From: Promethearchaeota archaeon
GTDB taxonomy: Archaea > Asgardarchaeota > Lokiarchaeia > Sigyniarchaeales > SOKP01
Length of the DNA: 64,000 nt
Assembly: GCA_019058445.1 (NCBI GenBank)
Contig: JAHPZA010000003.1
Location: forward strand, 32,001 to 96,000
Direction: 5' to 3'
This document shows, piece by piece, positions 18,178 through 28,550 of this stretch (positions are counted from its first letter, which is position 1; the number at the start of each line of letters is the position of its first letter). The notes below the pieces were generated by a model that saw only the letters and a list, made by a program, of their open reading frames with translations, had not been told where the DNA came from and did not search any database. A program made the position numbers and the translations under genes.

Positions 18178-20334
18178 ATGGTAAAAATAAAATCTATAGC
18201 ATTAGACACAGGTGGAACGATGACAGATAGTTTTATCATCGACGAGATGGGCACTTTTACTGTAGGAAAAGCACAAACTACGCCATACAACGAATCTGAA
18301 GGAATACTCAATTCGATAGCGGATTCTCTACAATATCGAGGGATTACTCTATCCGAATCAGGTGAATCTGTAGAAGCTCTGGTTTATTCGGGTACTGCTA
18401 TGTTAAATCGGCTTTTAGAACGAGAAGGGAACAGCAATATCGGCGTCATTGTAAATGCTGGATTTGAGGATCTCCTGAGATTAGGAAGAGCTCTTCAATG
18501 TTGGATTTGGCTGGATTATGGGGGTCGCTTGCATGCGAGAGAACACGAACATCCTGAACCGCTTATACCAAGGAAGCAAATTAAGGGTGTCAGAGGCAGA
18601 ATTAACTTCTGGGGAGAAGAACTAATACCACTATATAATGAAGATGTAAAAAAAGCGGTACGCGAACTGCTTGATAAGGGAGTAGAAAGTATTTGTGTCT
18701 GTTTGCTCTGTTCATACATGAATGCTAGTCATGAAATGCAAGTTGAAAGAATTGCCAAAGAAGTAATGAAGGAAATGGGCAAAGAAATTCCAATTATTTT
18801 GTCAAGCGAGCATAATCCAGTAAGAGGTGAAACACCACGTTTGAATGCTCTCATTATAGAACAATATGCTGCTGAACCTTCGAGGAAGCAATTAATTGAA
18901 ATTGCGGAACGAATGAAAGAAAAAGGAGTGCCGGCACCTCTTAGAATTTTAACAACATATGGAGGGACTATTTCTCCTTATCACAAAACCCTTATCCCTA
19001 CCATGGTTTCAGGTCCGATCGGTGGAATGATAGGTACCCAATTTATTGCTGAAAAATATGGCATAAAAAACTTAGTATCTTCAGATGTAGGGGGCACTAG
19101 TTTCGACGTTGGGCTCGTAATGGAGCGTTATGTTCCAGCAAAATGGGAAAGTTCTCTTGGAAAATTTATATTAAATATCCCTATGATTGCTTTAGATTCA
19201 ATAGGCGCTGGTACTGGAATGTATGTAAGATATAATGAAATCTCTGATAGATTAGAATTTGGTCCTGAAAGTGCTGGATACAAAATTGGAGTATGTAATG
19301 AGCAATCTGGAGTAGAGACGGTAACCATGACTGATTGCAGTATTATTTTAGGCTACCTTAATCCGGATTATTTTCTTGGAGGGAAGATAAAACTAAATAA
19401 AAATCGAGCTTTTAAATATATCGAAGAACAAATTGCTGATCCTTTGAAGGCAGATCCTTATAGCACTGCTAGAGGTGCTCTTGACCTCATAGAAATTAAT
19501 ATGAAGAACCACCTCAATGGAATGATTCAAGGTCTTGGATTCAGACCAGAAAATTATACTTTAATTTCTTTTGGAGGAGGAGGTCCCCTTCATGTTGCTG
19601 GATACGCCCAAGATTTAAAATTTCAAGACATTTTAATACCGGAATGGGCGCCCGCTTTCTCTGCTTTCGGTTGTGCATGTGCAGATCACTCATATCGGCA
19701 TGAAAAATCTGTTGATTTAGTTATGCCTCCTGATGGCGGAATGGATGGATTTGTAGCATCCATGATGAGCTCCACATGGACTGATTTAAAAATCGAAATT
19801 TCTAAAGAGTTTGAGAAAGAGGGAAGAGATGTTAGTGAGATGGAATTCAGACCTTCCCTGCGAATGCAGTATTTCGGAATGTTTGACGACTTGGAAGTAG
19901 AATCACCCGCAGAACAATTAATTAGTCAATATTCTACGGAAAAAGATCGCTATATTTCTGAAGATTTGACAGAAATCACCAGAAGATATAATAAACTATT
20001 TGAGGAAATATTCCGCAGAGGAACAACTAGCCCGGAACTCGGATATCATATAACCAAAGCAATAGGGACAGGTATTGTACCTGTACCAAAACCTAAATTA
20101 CCAGAACAACAGCTTACTAGTGAAAAGCCTGATGATGAAGCTACCAAGGGAAATAGAGATATTTTCTGGGGAAAAGGCTGGCATGAAGCCTCACTCTGGG
20201 AAATGAGTTTACTAAAGGCAGGGAATATCATTGATGGCCCAGCAGTGATTGAAGCTCCAGCAACTACTTTAGTGGTTCCACCAGGATATCGTGTTAAACT
20301 TGATAAGCATAGAATTTTCCATATGGAGGTGTAA
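18178..20334 (+). CDS. acxA: Acetone carboxylase beta subunit (hydantoinase A/oxoprolinase family)
   Basis: DTGGTMTD, VGKAQTTP, SGTAMLNRL, SGPIGG, SDVGGTSFD, FGGGGPLH, AFSAFGCACAD; first gene of a three-gene operon. Confidence 0.85.
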   Translation: MVKIKSIALDTGGTMTDSFIIDEMGTFTVGKAQTTPYNESEGILNSIADSLQYRGITLSESGESVEALVYSGTAMLNRLLEREGNSNIGVIVNAGFEDLLRLGRALQCWIWLDYGGRLHAREHEHPEPLIPRKQIKGVRGRINFWGEELIPLYNEDVKKAVRELLDKGVESICVCLLCSYMNASHEMQVERIAKEVMKEMGKEIPIILSSEHNPVRGETPRLNALIIEQYAAEPSRKQLIEIAERMKEKGVPAPLRILTTYGGTISPYHKTLIPTMVSGPIGGMIGTQFIAEKYGIKNLVSSDVGGTSFDVGLVMERYVPAKWESSLGKFILNIPMIALDSIGAGTGMYVRYNEISDRLEFGPESAGYKIGVCNEQSGVETVTMTDCSIILGYLNPDYFLGGKIKLNKNRAFKYIEEQIADPLKADPYSTARGALDLIEINMKNHLNGMIQGLGFRPENYTLISFGGGGPLHVAGYAQDLKFQDILIPEWAPAFSAFGCACADHSYRHEKSVDLVMPPDGGMDGFVASMMSSTWTDLKIEISKEFEKEGRDVSEMEFRPSLRMQYFGMFDDLEVESPAEQLISQYSTEKDRYISEDLTEITRRYNKLFEEIFRRGTTSPELGYHITKAIGTGIVPVPKPKLPEQQLTSEKPDDEATKGNRDIFWGKGWHEASLWEMSLLKAGNIIDGPAVIEAPATTLVVPPGYRVKLDKHRIFHMEV

Positions 20335-20337
20335 TAA

Positions 20338-22557
20338 ATGACGAAAAAACCAATAGGATGGAATGGTAAGTCTTTAATTGAAATGTTGGAAGAAAGTGAG
20401 AAACTTTTTGAAGAAACAAAGTATTATTATGGATTAGACAGACTTAGCTTAAAGGAACAAGATCCATTTAATTATGAACGTTGTTACGCCAGTTTAAGGG
20501 GTGCGATCGTATCGGCCAGAGAGACCGCATTACATGTTGCAGCCTCGCCAATAGTTAAAGAAATCGGGGAACTCTGTTTTGGATTATACACCCCAGAGGG
20601 AGACTCTATAGTCGTTTCAACCGGAATATTAGTCCATATTCACACCATGAGCGAAGGAGTTAAATTTATGATACGGGAAAACTATGAAGAGGATGTCGGA
20701 ATTAATCCTGGTGATATTTTTTTAAACAATGATCCTGAATGTGGGAATGTCCATACTACAGATGTGCAAACCCTAATCCCCTTATTCTGGGAAGATGAGC
20801 TTATAGGTTGGGCTGGTGGGGTTACCCATCAAATTGATACTGGTGGTATAACCCCGGGTCATGACTTGATTTCGGCCGTTCAACGATTTGACGATGGTGT
20901 CTATTATACTTGTCGCAAAATCGGTTCAAATGATAAGATCTGGAAAGACCACTTAATAAATGCTAGAAGATCCGTAAGAACTCCAATGTATTGGGAGTTA
21001 GACGAAAAATGTAGACTTGCAGGAAATTTGATGATTAGAGACGCGGTTCATGACTTTATTAAACGTGAAGGAATTGATTACTACAAAAAGTTTGTAAGGG
21101 AAGCAATAGAAGAAGGCAGAAGAATTCTCATTGAACGTGTAAAAGAACGCTTGATTCCTGGAAGGTATAGAGCCGCATCTTTTATGGATGTAGCTATGAA
21201 AAATGAGGCGTGGCAACCTATCGCTAAAATTGATAAAATTTCCAACCAACCGTTAGAAATAATTGTTAAAGAGAATGGCGGATTTTCACTTTCTTTTGAG
21301 GGGGCAAGTGGTCCCGGACCGAATTGTATGAATTGTGCGAAAGGTGCAATGGAAGGAGGACAATGGGTTCTTCTGACCCAAATTTTGATTTATGGCGATA
21401 AAGTTAATGATGGAGCATATTTTGCTGTAGAAAAAGAATATCCTCCTGGAACATGGGCCAATCCCGGTGATCCCTATCTTTCATACCAAGCGCCATGGGG
21501 GAACTTGATTCCAGCTTACACGGGAATGATGAAATGCATCTCTTATGGTTTATTTTCCCGGGGATATAGGGAAGAGGTTGTCCCAGGTTACGGATTTACT
21601 GGAGATGCGATTCAAGGTGGAGGGATCTATTCTTCTGGACCCCTTGAAGGTCAAAGGTGGTCTTTATCTACATTTGAGATAAGTGGTCAGGGTCTAGGAG
21701 CAAGTGCCGTAAAAGATGGCCTTGATCACGGATATGCGATGTGGAACCCAGAATCTGACCTTGGAGATGTAGAAACATGGGAATTATTTCAAGGAGGGAT
21801 ACCCTATTTAGCTAGGAAGATGAAACCAAACAATGCAGGGCACGGTAAATATCGCGGAGGCGCCAATTATGCTGGAATTGCAATGATTGCTTATTCCAGA
21901 GGTGTAGAATTTTTTGGAGCTCGAGATGGTTTATGTTTTCATGGAACTGGTGGTATGCACGGAGGTTATCCCAACCCAACAGGATATCGTCTTTATGCTA
22001 AAAATACAAATATGCAAGAACTTATTCAAAATCGAAAAGAATATCCTCTCGGTGACCCCGATCCTAGCAATGGTGAATTTGAGCGATTATTGACAGGAGA
22101 TATAACTAGAAAACCCAATTGCTCAACCTTCCCGATAACTTTAGACGATTATGATGTGGTCCATTATGCACTATCTGGAGGTCCTGGATATGGTGATCCA
22201 TTAGAGAGAAAATTAGAAAGCATTAGAAAAGATCTTAATGATGAAATCTATACGAAAGACTTTGTTTATAATATCTATGGTACAGTCGCCACTTATGATA
22301 AGAATAAAGAAGAATGGACTATAGATGAGAAAGCATCCGAAGAACGTCGAGAATCAATTAAGAGGGAAAGAATGGAAAAATCGATGACTTTTGAAGAGTT
22401 CTGGGAATATGAAAGGAAGAAAATAACTGAAGATAAGCTCTATGAGGCCGTTAAACGCATGTATTCGGAAAGCATTAAATTTTCTACCAAATATTGGGCG
22501 AAAGAGTTCCGGGAATTTTGGAAGCTTCCCGAAGATTTCGAGATGGAGGTGAAGTAA
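20338..22557 (+). CDS. acxB: Acetone carboxylase alpha subunit (hydantoinase B family)
   Basis: ARETALHVAASPIV, GELCF, STGILVHIHTM, metal-ligand segments GNVHTTD and GGVTHQID, WNPESDLGDVETWE, GGPGYGDPLER. Confidence 0.88.
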   Translation: MTKKPIGWNGKSLIEMLEESEKLFEETKYYYGLDRLSLKEQDPFNYERCYASLRGAIVSARETALHVAASPIVKEIGELCFGLYTPEGDSIVVSTGILVHIHTMSEGVKFMIRENYEEDVGINPGDIFLNNDPECGNVHTTDVQTLIPLFWEDELIGWAGGVTHQIDTGGITPGHDLISAVQRFDDGVYYTCRKIGSNDKIWKDHLINARRSVRTPMYWELDEKCRLAGNLMIRDAVHDFIKREGIDYYKKFVREAIEEGRRILIERVKERLIPGRYRAASFMDVAMKNEAWQPIAKIDKISNQPLEIIVKENGGFSLSFEGASGPGPNCMNCAKGAMEGGQWVLLTQILIYGDKVNDGAYFAVEKEYPPGTWANPGDPYLSYQAPWGNLIPAYTGMMKCISYGLFSRGYREEVVPGYGFTGDAIQGGGIYSSGPLEGQRWSLSTFEISGQGLGASAVKDGLDHGYAMWNPESDLGDVETWELFQGGIPYLARKMKPNNAGHGKYRGGANYAGIAMIAYSRGVEFFGARDGLCFHGTGGMHGGYPNPTGYRLYAKNTNMQELIQNRKEYPLGDPDPSNGEFERLLTGDITRKPNCSTFPITLDDYDVVHYALSGGPGYGDPLERKLESIRKDLNDEIYTKDFVYNIYGTVATYDKNKEEWTIDEKASEERRESIKRERMEKSMTFEEFWEYERKKITEDKLYEAVKRMYSESIKFSTKYWAKEFREFWKLPEDFEMEVK

Positions 22558-23055
22558 ATGGTTCAACATGATAAAAAAACATTAGAAAGAATGATAGACG
22601 GGGATTTACCTTGGGATGAGTTAAAGCCAATCATTAGTGGAAGAAAGGATCCTAACAGGTTTGATATTATTCTGGAAATTTTGCAGGAACGGGTTTCATG
22701 GAATGAAAAAATACTTCTGCCTCTTCATGAACATTTATATGTGGTATCAAAAGAAGGTCAAAGAATTGTTAAATGCGATTGCGGATATGAGTTTGGAGAT
22801 TATCGAGAAAACTGGAAACATAAATGTCGAGTTAGGGTAAGAGATACTGAAGAATCTATTGGAGAATTGTATCCGAAATATATGGGGAGCGATCCCGACT
22901 GGGAAGAACTTAGAGAATATATTTGTCCGGGATGTCTTTCGTTGTTAGATGTTGAGGCAGTTCCACCGGGATATCCCACCATTTTTAATTTTCTGCCTGA
23001 TATTGATGCATTCTATGAGAAATGGTTAGGAAGGAAAGCACCTGATAAAAAATAA
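22558..23055 (+). CDS. acxC: Acetone carboxylase gamma subunit
   Basis: KDPNRF, ILLPLHEHLYV, the zinc motif VKCDCG...REYICPGC, VEAVPPGYP, PDIDAFY..WLG. Confidence 0.9.
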   Translation: MVQHDKKTLERMIDGDLPWDELKPIISGRKDPNRFDIILEILQERVSWNEKILLPLHEHLYVVSKEGQRIVKCDCGYEFGDYRENWKHKCRVRVRDTEESIGELYPKYMGSDPDWEELREYICPGCLSLLDVEAVPPGYPTIFNFLPDIDAFYEKWLGRKAPDKK

Positions 23056-23066
23056 CGTGAATAGAG

Positions 23067-23095
23067 TTTTCTTTTATTATCTTTTTTTTTTATTT
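23067..23095 (+). terminator. Oligo-T terminator after acxC
   Basis: T-rich tract including T10 at 23082-23091 after the stop codon. Confidence 0.45.
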
Positions 23096-23173
23096 AGTAT
23101 TTTAATTAAAATTACTTAATTGGTTTTAGATTGATGAATTTTAAAAAATTCGTTAATATTAACTATTTTATTA

Positions 23174-24424
23174 TTATTTGACCACCCACAATTCTCTAGG
23201 AAAATCTTTTGTTAAAATCTCATTACCTCCTTTTTTTACTAAGATAATATCCTCTGGCATCCCACCGCAATTCTTCATTCTGAAATCCCATGCACCGACT
23301 TCAACACAAAAACACATATTTTCTTTAACAATTGTAGGTTCACCTTCTATAATCCATGGAGGTTCATGGTTCGAAAAACCCATTCCATGTCCTACAAAAT
23401 TAATGATATGTTCTTGTTTGGGATCCTTAGCTTTTAACACATCCAAAGAAGTCTGATATGCTTCTCCAACTGTAGTACCTGGTTTAAGGGCATCGATGGT
23501 CGACTGTTCAGCTTCATAGGCTAAATCATTCAGTTTAAGCAACTTTTTTGATGGTTCTCCTACATAAAAATTACGCTGAAAATCCATTTGATATCCTTTA
23601 TAGGATGGTCCACAGTCACTTAGCCCCATATCTCCTTCCTTGATAATTCTATCCATTGCTCCCGAAATCCATCTAAAAACACCACCTTCTTCATTAGAAT
23701 TGCTACTCCATAATAACCAAGTTGATTGATTTGGAGTCTCAAGTAAATCTAAATCAGCACAAGCCTTCCAAAACGCTCTATGAACATCAAGTTCATTTAC
23801 TCCAGGCATAATTTCCTCAAAGGCTCTCATTGTAGCCTTACATGCGCGTTTACATCCTTCTCTTATAATTTCAATCTCATAATCAGTTTTTACACTTCTT
23901 TGCTCCCATAGAACTGGGTCCGCGGCAACGATTTGAGCGTCTGGAAATCTTTTTGGCAGAAGATCGTATTCCTCGAATGATAGATACGTATCTATATCTG
24001 GGCCTTTTTCAATACCCAGAGTTCCCTTGTATAATTCAAGCTCTATGAGAGTATTAGTTAACAAATCCCAGAAATCATCGGCAGGTCTCTGATCCATTAT
24101 AACCTCACCTAAAACCTTCCCTAAACTTGTCTCAATCCAAAATCTCTTGTCTTTAATGTGAGTAGTAAGATCTGTTTGCCAAAAGAATGCGCCATGAGCA
24201 ACTAAGACAGGTTCGAGATCCCTAGAGATAATCATACATGATCGCCAGACCCAGTTATGCATTTGAGCAACGTCAGTCCAGCCTCCGTAATATCTCCAAT
24301 TAATAGGCGAAAATAATATCATCGCATCCATATTATGCTTTTCCAAAAGCTCTCGAGCTGTGTTTGTCCTCTTTTTATATTCAGAATAGGGAATAGTCTC
24401 CCATTTTTTCTTAGGTTCAGACAT
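23174..24424 (-). CDS. M24 family metallopeptidase (Xaa-Pro peptidase-like)
   Basis: Creatinase-like N-terminal domain and intact metal ligands D(CG)...D(FQR), GHGMG, VE, PED. The likely start is ATG 24424. Confidence 0.85.
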   Translation of the reverse strand: MSEPKKKWETIPYSEYKKRTNTARELLEKHNMDAMILFSPINWRYYGGWTDVAQMHNWVWRSCMIISRDLEPVLVAHGAFFWQTDLTTHIKDKRFWIETSLGKVLGEVIMDQRPADDFWDLLTNTLIELELYKGTLGIEKGPDIDTYLSFEEYDLLPKRFPDAQIVAADPVLWEQRSVKTDYEIEIIREGCKRACKATMRAFEEIMPGVNELDVHRAFWKACADLDLLETPNQSTWLLWSSNSNEEGGVFRWISGAMDRIIKEGDMGLSDCGPSYKGYQMDFQRNFYVGEPSKKLLKLNDLAYEAEQSTIDALKPGTTVGEAYQTSLDVLKAKDPKQEHIINFVGHGMGFSNHEPPWIIEGEPTIVKENMCFCVEVGAWDFRMKNCGGMPEDIILVKKGGNEILTKDFPRELWVVK

Positions 24425-24623
24425 TAAAATCACTTATTTAGATTATATATCTCAAATTAATTTAATTTGGTTTTCTAATTCTTATTATTTTATATTCCTA
24501 TATAAAATTTTTAATTTTAGTAAACCAAAACTAAATTAAAATCTAAATTGCAAAAAGATGTGAAAACCACAATTAATTTTTCATCGGAAAGTTAGTTAAT
24601 TTTAATGAGAACCGATAAAATAA

Positions 24624-25532
24624 TTATTTGCCTTTTTCTGCTTTTTCTTTTTTTTTTTTCTTCTTTCGCAATTTATTCTTCTTTTGCTGCTCTATAATTA
24701 CATTACTAATAAACTGGGTTGTTGAATATGCAGATTCTGCTTCTCCAAGCATTACATCTTTTAAGTCTTCTTCAAGTTCTTCTGCTTCCTTTGCTGAAAA
24801 TGCCATTTCCGACATCACATAGTCTTTAGCGCTCGTTTTATGCCGTTTAGTCCGAAGCTCTGCGCGCTGTAAATAGTAGTGGCTTGTCATATGTAATACG
24901 ATGCCCTCGGCGTATTCAAATAAAATTACAATAGGTGCTTCTCCATATTTTTTCTCCATCTCTCTACTTCTCACTAGCACCTTCACTTTTTTCTTATCCA
25001 AAATCTGTATAGGATAAGAAGACCCTTCCAACCACCAAATAGGGTCAGATTCTCCTTCAAATAACCCCTCTAGAAATTTGTTATCTTTACTGACGACTTC
25101 TACTCGAACGCAATCATCTCCCGTAGGTCTCTGATTATATTTAACTAATTCTGGAAATATTTTCTCTAATACAAAAAAAAGTGCCCAGTCAGTGGTAAAT
25201 AAAAAACCTCCATTCTCTACATATGTCTTTATTTTCCTTAAACTCTGCGGTGATATATCACTTCCCGGGCAGTTTACAATTAGCATTTGGTCAGGATCCA
25301 ATTCAATTTGATCTAATTCATAAGCATTTATAAGAACATACGGAACATTAATTAAATCTAGTACTAATTCTATTTTATCATACGATCCAGCAATAATTAT
25401 AATAGAGCTATCTTTCACTTTCTTTAAGATATCTAGGTCTTTTGGGCGTTCTTTTTCCATTCTTTTTTGCATAATTTTAGAGGACGCTTGATAGGCCTTT
25501 TTCATTTTTTCATAGTCAGTCATTTTTAACAC
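24624..25532 (-). CDS. Hypothetical protein, possibly with a class I glutamine-amidotransferase-like fold
   Basis: Long ORF with LIVNCPG and YVENGGFLFTTDW, plus a Lys-rich tail. The fold assignment is tentative. Confidence 0.55.
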   Translation of the reverse strand: MLKMTDYEKMKKAYQASSKIMQKRMEKERPKDLDILKKVKDSSIIIIAGSYDKIELVLDLINVPYVLINAYELDQIELDPDQMLIVNCPGSDISPQSLRKIKTYVENGGFLFTTDWALFFVLEKIFPELVKYNQRPTGDDCVRVEVVSKDNKFLEGLFEGESDPIWWLEGSSYPIQILDKKKVKVLVRSREMEKKYGEAPIVILFEYAEGIVLHMTSHYYLQRAELRTKRHKTSAKDYVMSEMAFSAKEAEELEEDLKDVMLGEAESAYSTTQFISNVIIEQQKKNKLRKKKKKKEKAEKGK

Positions 25533-25734
25533 TTTATCTTATATTTTTAGAATATAGAGAAAATTAGCTCTTATATATGAATCTAGTCCAATATTTAAAA
25601 AAAAAAGTTTTTTTAATTAATAGGATTATAATTTCTTTTTTATTTTTACTTTATTTTCCTTATCAATCTAATCTAAAAAAATTCAATACAATTTTAGATA
25701 TACGAGAATAAAATATAAATAAAAAAGAGAAAAA

Positions 25735-26457
25735 TTATTCTGAACTTTCTTTTTCTTTTATAAGAAATTTAGCTATCTTATCTGGCATAAGCCAACCAAT
25801 ATAACTACAAATATTTGCGAATAAATATAATAGTGTTATACCTGTAGCAGGTATAATAATGCTCACGAATGTAGTAAAAACAAAAACCGTCGCCGATAGA
25901 AATATAAATTTTCCTTTCCAACGAATTCTTGGATCACTAGATTTAAGACTGGTATCTAAAAAAAGTATTGCTGTACTTATATAAACTATAAGCGAAAAGA
26001 GCGAAAACATAACTATGTAAAGATAAAACTCAGCAAAAATTGTTCCCGTTTTACGGCCCAAACTTCCGGGATCAGTAAGTAAGAAATACAAAAAGATAAT
26101 TACATATATACTACAAATTATTCCAAATATCAGCATTATTTTTTTAAAAGATTTCGGATATATAAGAAGAGATATTGAATATACCCATAGTATCATTGAT
26201 AACGGTGTAAATAAATGAAATGCTAAAAGAAATGTTAGATTGGGCTCATAATTCAAAAAGATAACAGTTAGAAATGCAATAATAATTGCCCACCAGATGG
26301 CAGCAGTAAAAACCATACTTAATCCAACAGTCAATAATTCTTTGCGTTTGTATGCTATGTATTTGGAGGCAATTTTTAATCCTATAACGGTTGAAATGGT
26401 TACGTTTATTATTGTATATATCGTATATACAAATTCTGTTGAGCTAATTGTTGCCAT
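25735..26457 (-). CDS. Stand-alone 7-TM membrane protein
   Basis: About seven hydrophobic helices and no soluble domain; topology similar to the N-terminal half of 8119..9192. Confidence 0.7.
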   Translation of the reverse strand: MATISSTEFVYTIYTIINVTISTVIGLKIASKYIAYKRKELLTVGLSMVFTAAIWWAIIIAFLTVIFLNYEPNLTFLLAFHLFTPLSMILWVYSISLLIYPKSFKKIMLIFGIICSIYVIIFLYFLLTDPGSLGRKTGTIFAEFYLYIVMFSLFSLIVYISTAILFLDTSLKSSDPRIRWKGKFIFLSATVFVFTTFVSIIIPATGITLLYLFANICSYIGWLMPDKIAKFLIKEKESSE

Positions 26458-26645
26458 TATTATTCACTTTTTAGACTTTTAGAAAATTGTAATTATAATG
26501 AAAATATAAAAATATATAAATTTATTAAATATTTTATAAAAACTTTTATTTGAATTTTTTATAAGGAACATCAATCTTGAGCTATATGTGGCTGATTATT
26601 ATAAATACTACTCAATACATATTTTAGAAAAAAATAGGTTAATAC

Positions 26646-27170
26646 TTATTTGGTTTGTTTAGGTTCATCAGGTTCTTGAGTAATATATTCGCGAGCAGAG
26701 GATTCTATTTTTTGGAACTTAGGAAATCTTTTTTTCCTTAAGATTTTTGGTAAGGTACAATAGAATATAAAAGGGTAAAAAAGGGATAGCGCTTCTTTAC
26801 CAAAGTCCGTTAGCTCATATTGTACTCTTATAGGGCTTTCAGTTTTTACTGTTCTTTTAACGATTTTCTTTTGTTCAAGAAATCTTAATCTATCTGTCAA
26901 GGTTCTTGAATTGATTCCAGGCAACACTTCGTTTAGAAGTTCATTGAAACTGCATTTCTTTAGCATCATTATAGAATAAAATATTTCAAGCGTCCATCGT
27001 CCTTGAATAATTTTAAAAGTTTCCCTATATAAGTTAGCTTTCTTCCTGATTTGTTCAGCATTGTATACATATGTTTTTTGATCTCGCTTAAATCCTTTTA
27101 ACACACTGGATTGAATCGAAGGGATTAGATTTATGAGTTCTTTGTAATTACTAAGAGAGTTTTTTGCCAT
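26646..27170 (-). CDS. HxlR-family winged-helix transcriptional regulator
   Basis: IQGRWTLEI, FNEL, PGINSRTLTDRLRFLE, PIRVQYELTDFG. Divergent from the DUF362 gene. Confidence 0.88.
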   Translation of the reverse strand: MAKNSLSNYKELINLIPSIQSSVLKGFKRDQKTYVYNAEQIRKKANLYRETFKIIQGRWTLEIFYSIMMLKKCSFNELLNEVLPGINSRTLTDRLRFLEQKKIVKRTVKTESPIRVQYELTDFGKEALSLFYPFIFYCTLPKILRKKRFPKFQKIESSAREYITQEPDEPKQTK

Positions 27171-27332
27171 TTTATCTGACCTCAGTTAGTGTAAAAAATT
27201 TCGCTTAATGAGATAATTCTTTCTTTTTACTTTAAATATTGAGAATTGTTTCTATTATTTAAAGGTAAATGTAAAAAATACATCTACTGAAATAAATACA
27301 TTAAAATTAAATTTAGGTTTTATTAAAAAGAA

Positions 27333-28541
27333 ATGTCAAATAATAACAAATCTTTAGTTTACTGGGCATCACCTTATGAAATTCCAGATGCTTTTTTGCA
27401 TGCTACGAAAAATATGGTCACTAATAATTTAATACAAACAAGAATTATTGCTGATAAGATTTTAGATCATATTAATGAAGGAGAAAAAGTGGGGGTTAAG
27501 GTTCACGTTGGTGAAGCCTATAACACTCGATATTTACGCGCTGACTATGTGCGTGAGGTTGTAGATGTTATTAAATCAAAAGGAGGGATCCCTACTCTTA
27601 TTGAGACTCAAGGACTTGGAATGACCCATAACATCGTTGACATCCCAAATATCTGCACGTTCAGTTTAAGATGTCGAAACACTATTGAACATCAAAAAAT
27701 CGCCAATCTTCACGGATATTCTGAATTAGTAATCGGAGCTCCTTTAAAATTTATTGATGAAGGGAGAGAAAATAATGGCAGAATTATTGAAATTGGTGGA
27801 ATTCAACTCAAAAAAGTATCTGTTGCTTCTAGAATTTATGATTATGACAAACTCGTAGTCATTTCACACTTTAAAGGTCATGGATTTGGAGGTTTTGGAG
27901 GTGCATTAAAAAATTTGGGAATCGGTTGCGTAACCGACAGAAATAAATTTCTCGCTCACTTTAATGGTCCTTTAAGCGTCTCAAAGAAATGTAATTTTTC
28001 CAAATGCAATAAGGAGTGTATTGATGTTTGCCCTGTAAATGCGATTGATATTGAAAATGGATCTGCAGTGATTGATCCAAATAAATGCATTGATTGTTTC
28101 GATTGTAGAAGTGTGTGTCCCGTAAGAAACGCTATTAAATTCCCGGGATTTAATGATTTCAGTACATTTAACGAAATTTTGATAGACAATGCTACAGGCG
28201 TGATCAAGTCCTTTGGTCCTGAAAATATTCGTTATTTTAATTTTGCGCTTGATATCCCCTCTATATGTGATTGCCTTGTAAACGCAGGTATGCCTATAAT
28301 TCCTGATCTCGGAATCTTTGGTTCAGCTGACCCTCTTTCGATAGATAAAGCTTGTATAGACGCTGAAACAAAAGCCCCCGGACTTCCAATTTTAAATGCT
28401 AAAGGAGAATGGTTACCTCCTGTAGAAGCTGGAATTGAAAAGTTCAAAGCAGTGAATCAAAGTATGGATCCATCTTGGCAAATTAATGCTGCGCTAAAAA
28501 ATAAACTAGGAAATATAAATTATAAGTTAATAAAAATATAA
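27333..28541 (+). CDS. DUF362 domain protein with a 2x[4Fe-4S] ferredoxin domain
   Basis: VKVHVGE, SHFKGH..GFGGALKNLGIGC, CxxxCP and CxxCxxCxxxCP, CDC, DPLSIDKAC. Confidence 0.88.
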   Translation: MSNNNKSLVYWASPYEIPDAFLHATKNMVTNNLIQTRIIADKILDHINEGEKVGVKVHVGEAYNTRYLRADYVREVVDVIKSKGGIPTLIETQGLGMTHNIVDIPNICTFSLRCRNTIEHQKIANLHGYSELVIGAPLKFIDEGRENNGRIIEIGGIQLKKVSVASRIYDYDKLVVISHFKGHGFGGFGGALKNLGIGCVTDRNKFLAHFNGPLSVSKKCNFSKCNKECIDVCPVNAIDIENGSAVIDPNKCIDCFDCRSVCPVRNAIKFPGFNDFSTFNEILIDNATGVIKSFGPENIRYFNFALDIPSICDCLVNAGMPIIPDLGIFGSADPLSIDKACIDAETKAPGLPILNAKGEWLPPVEAGIEKFKAVNQSMDPSWQINAALKNKLGNINYKLIKI

Positions 28542-28550
28542 TTAGAATCC

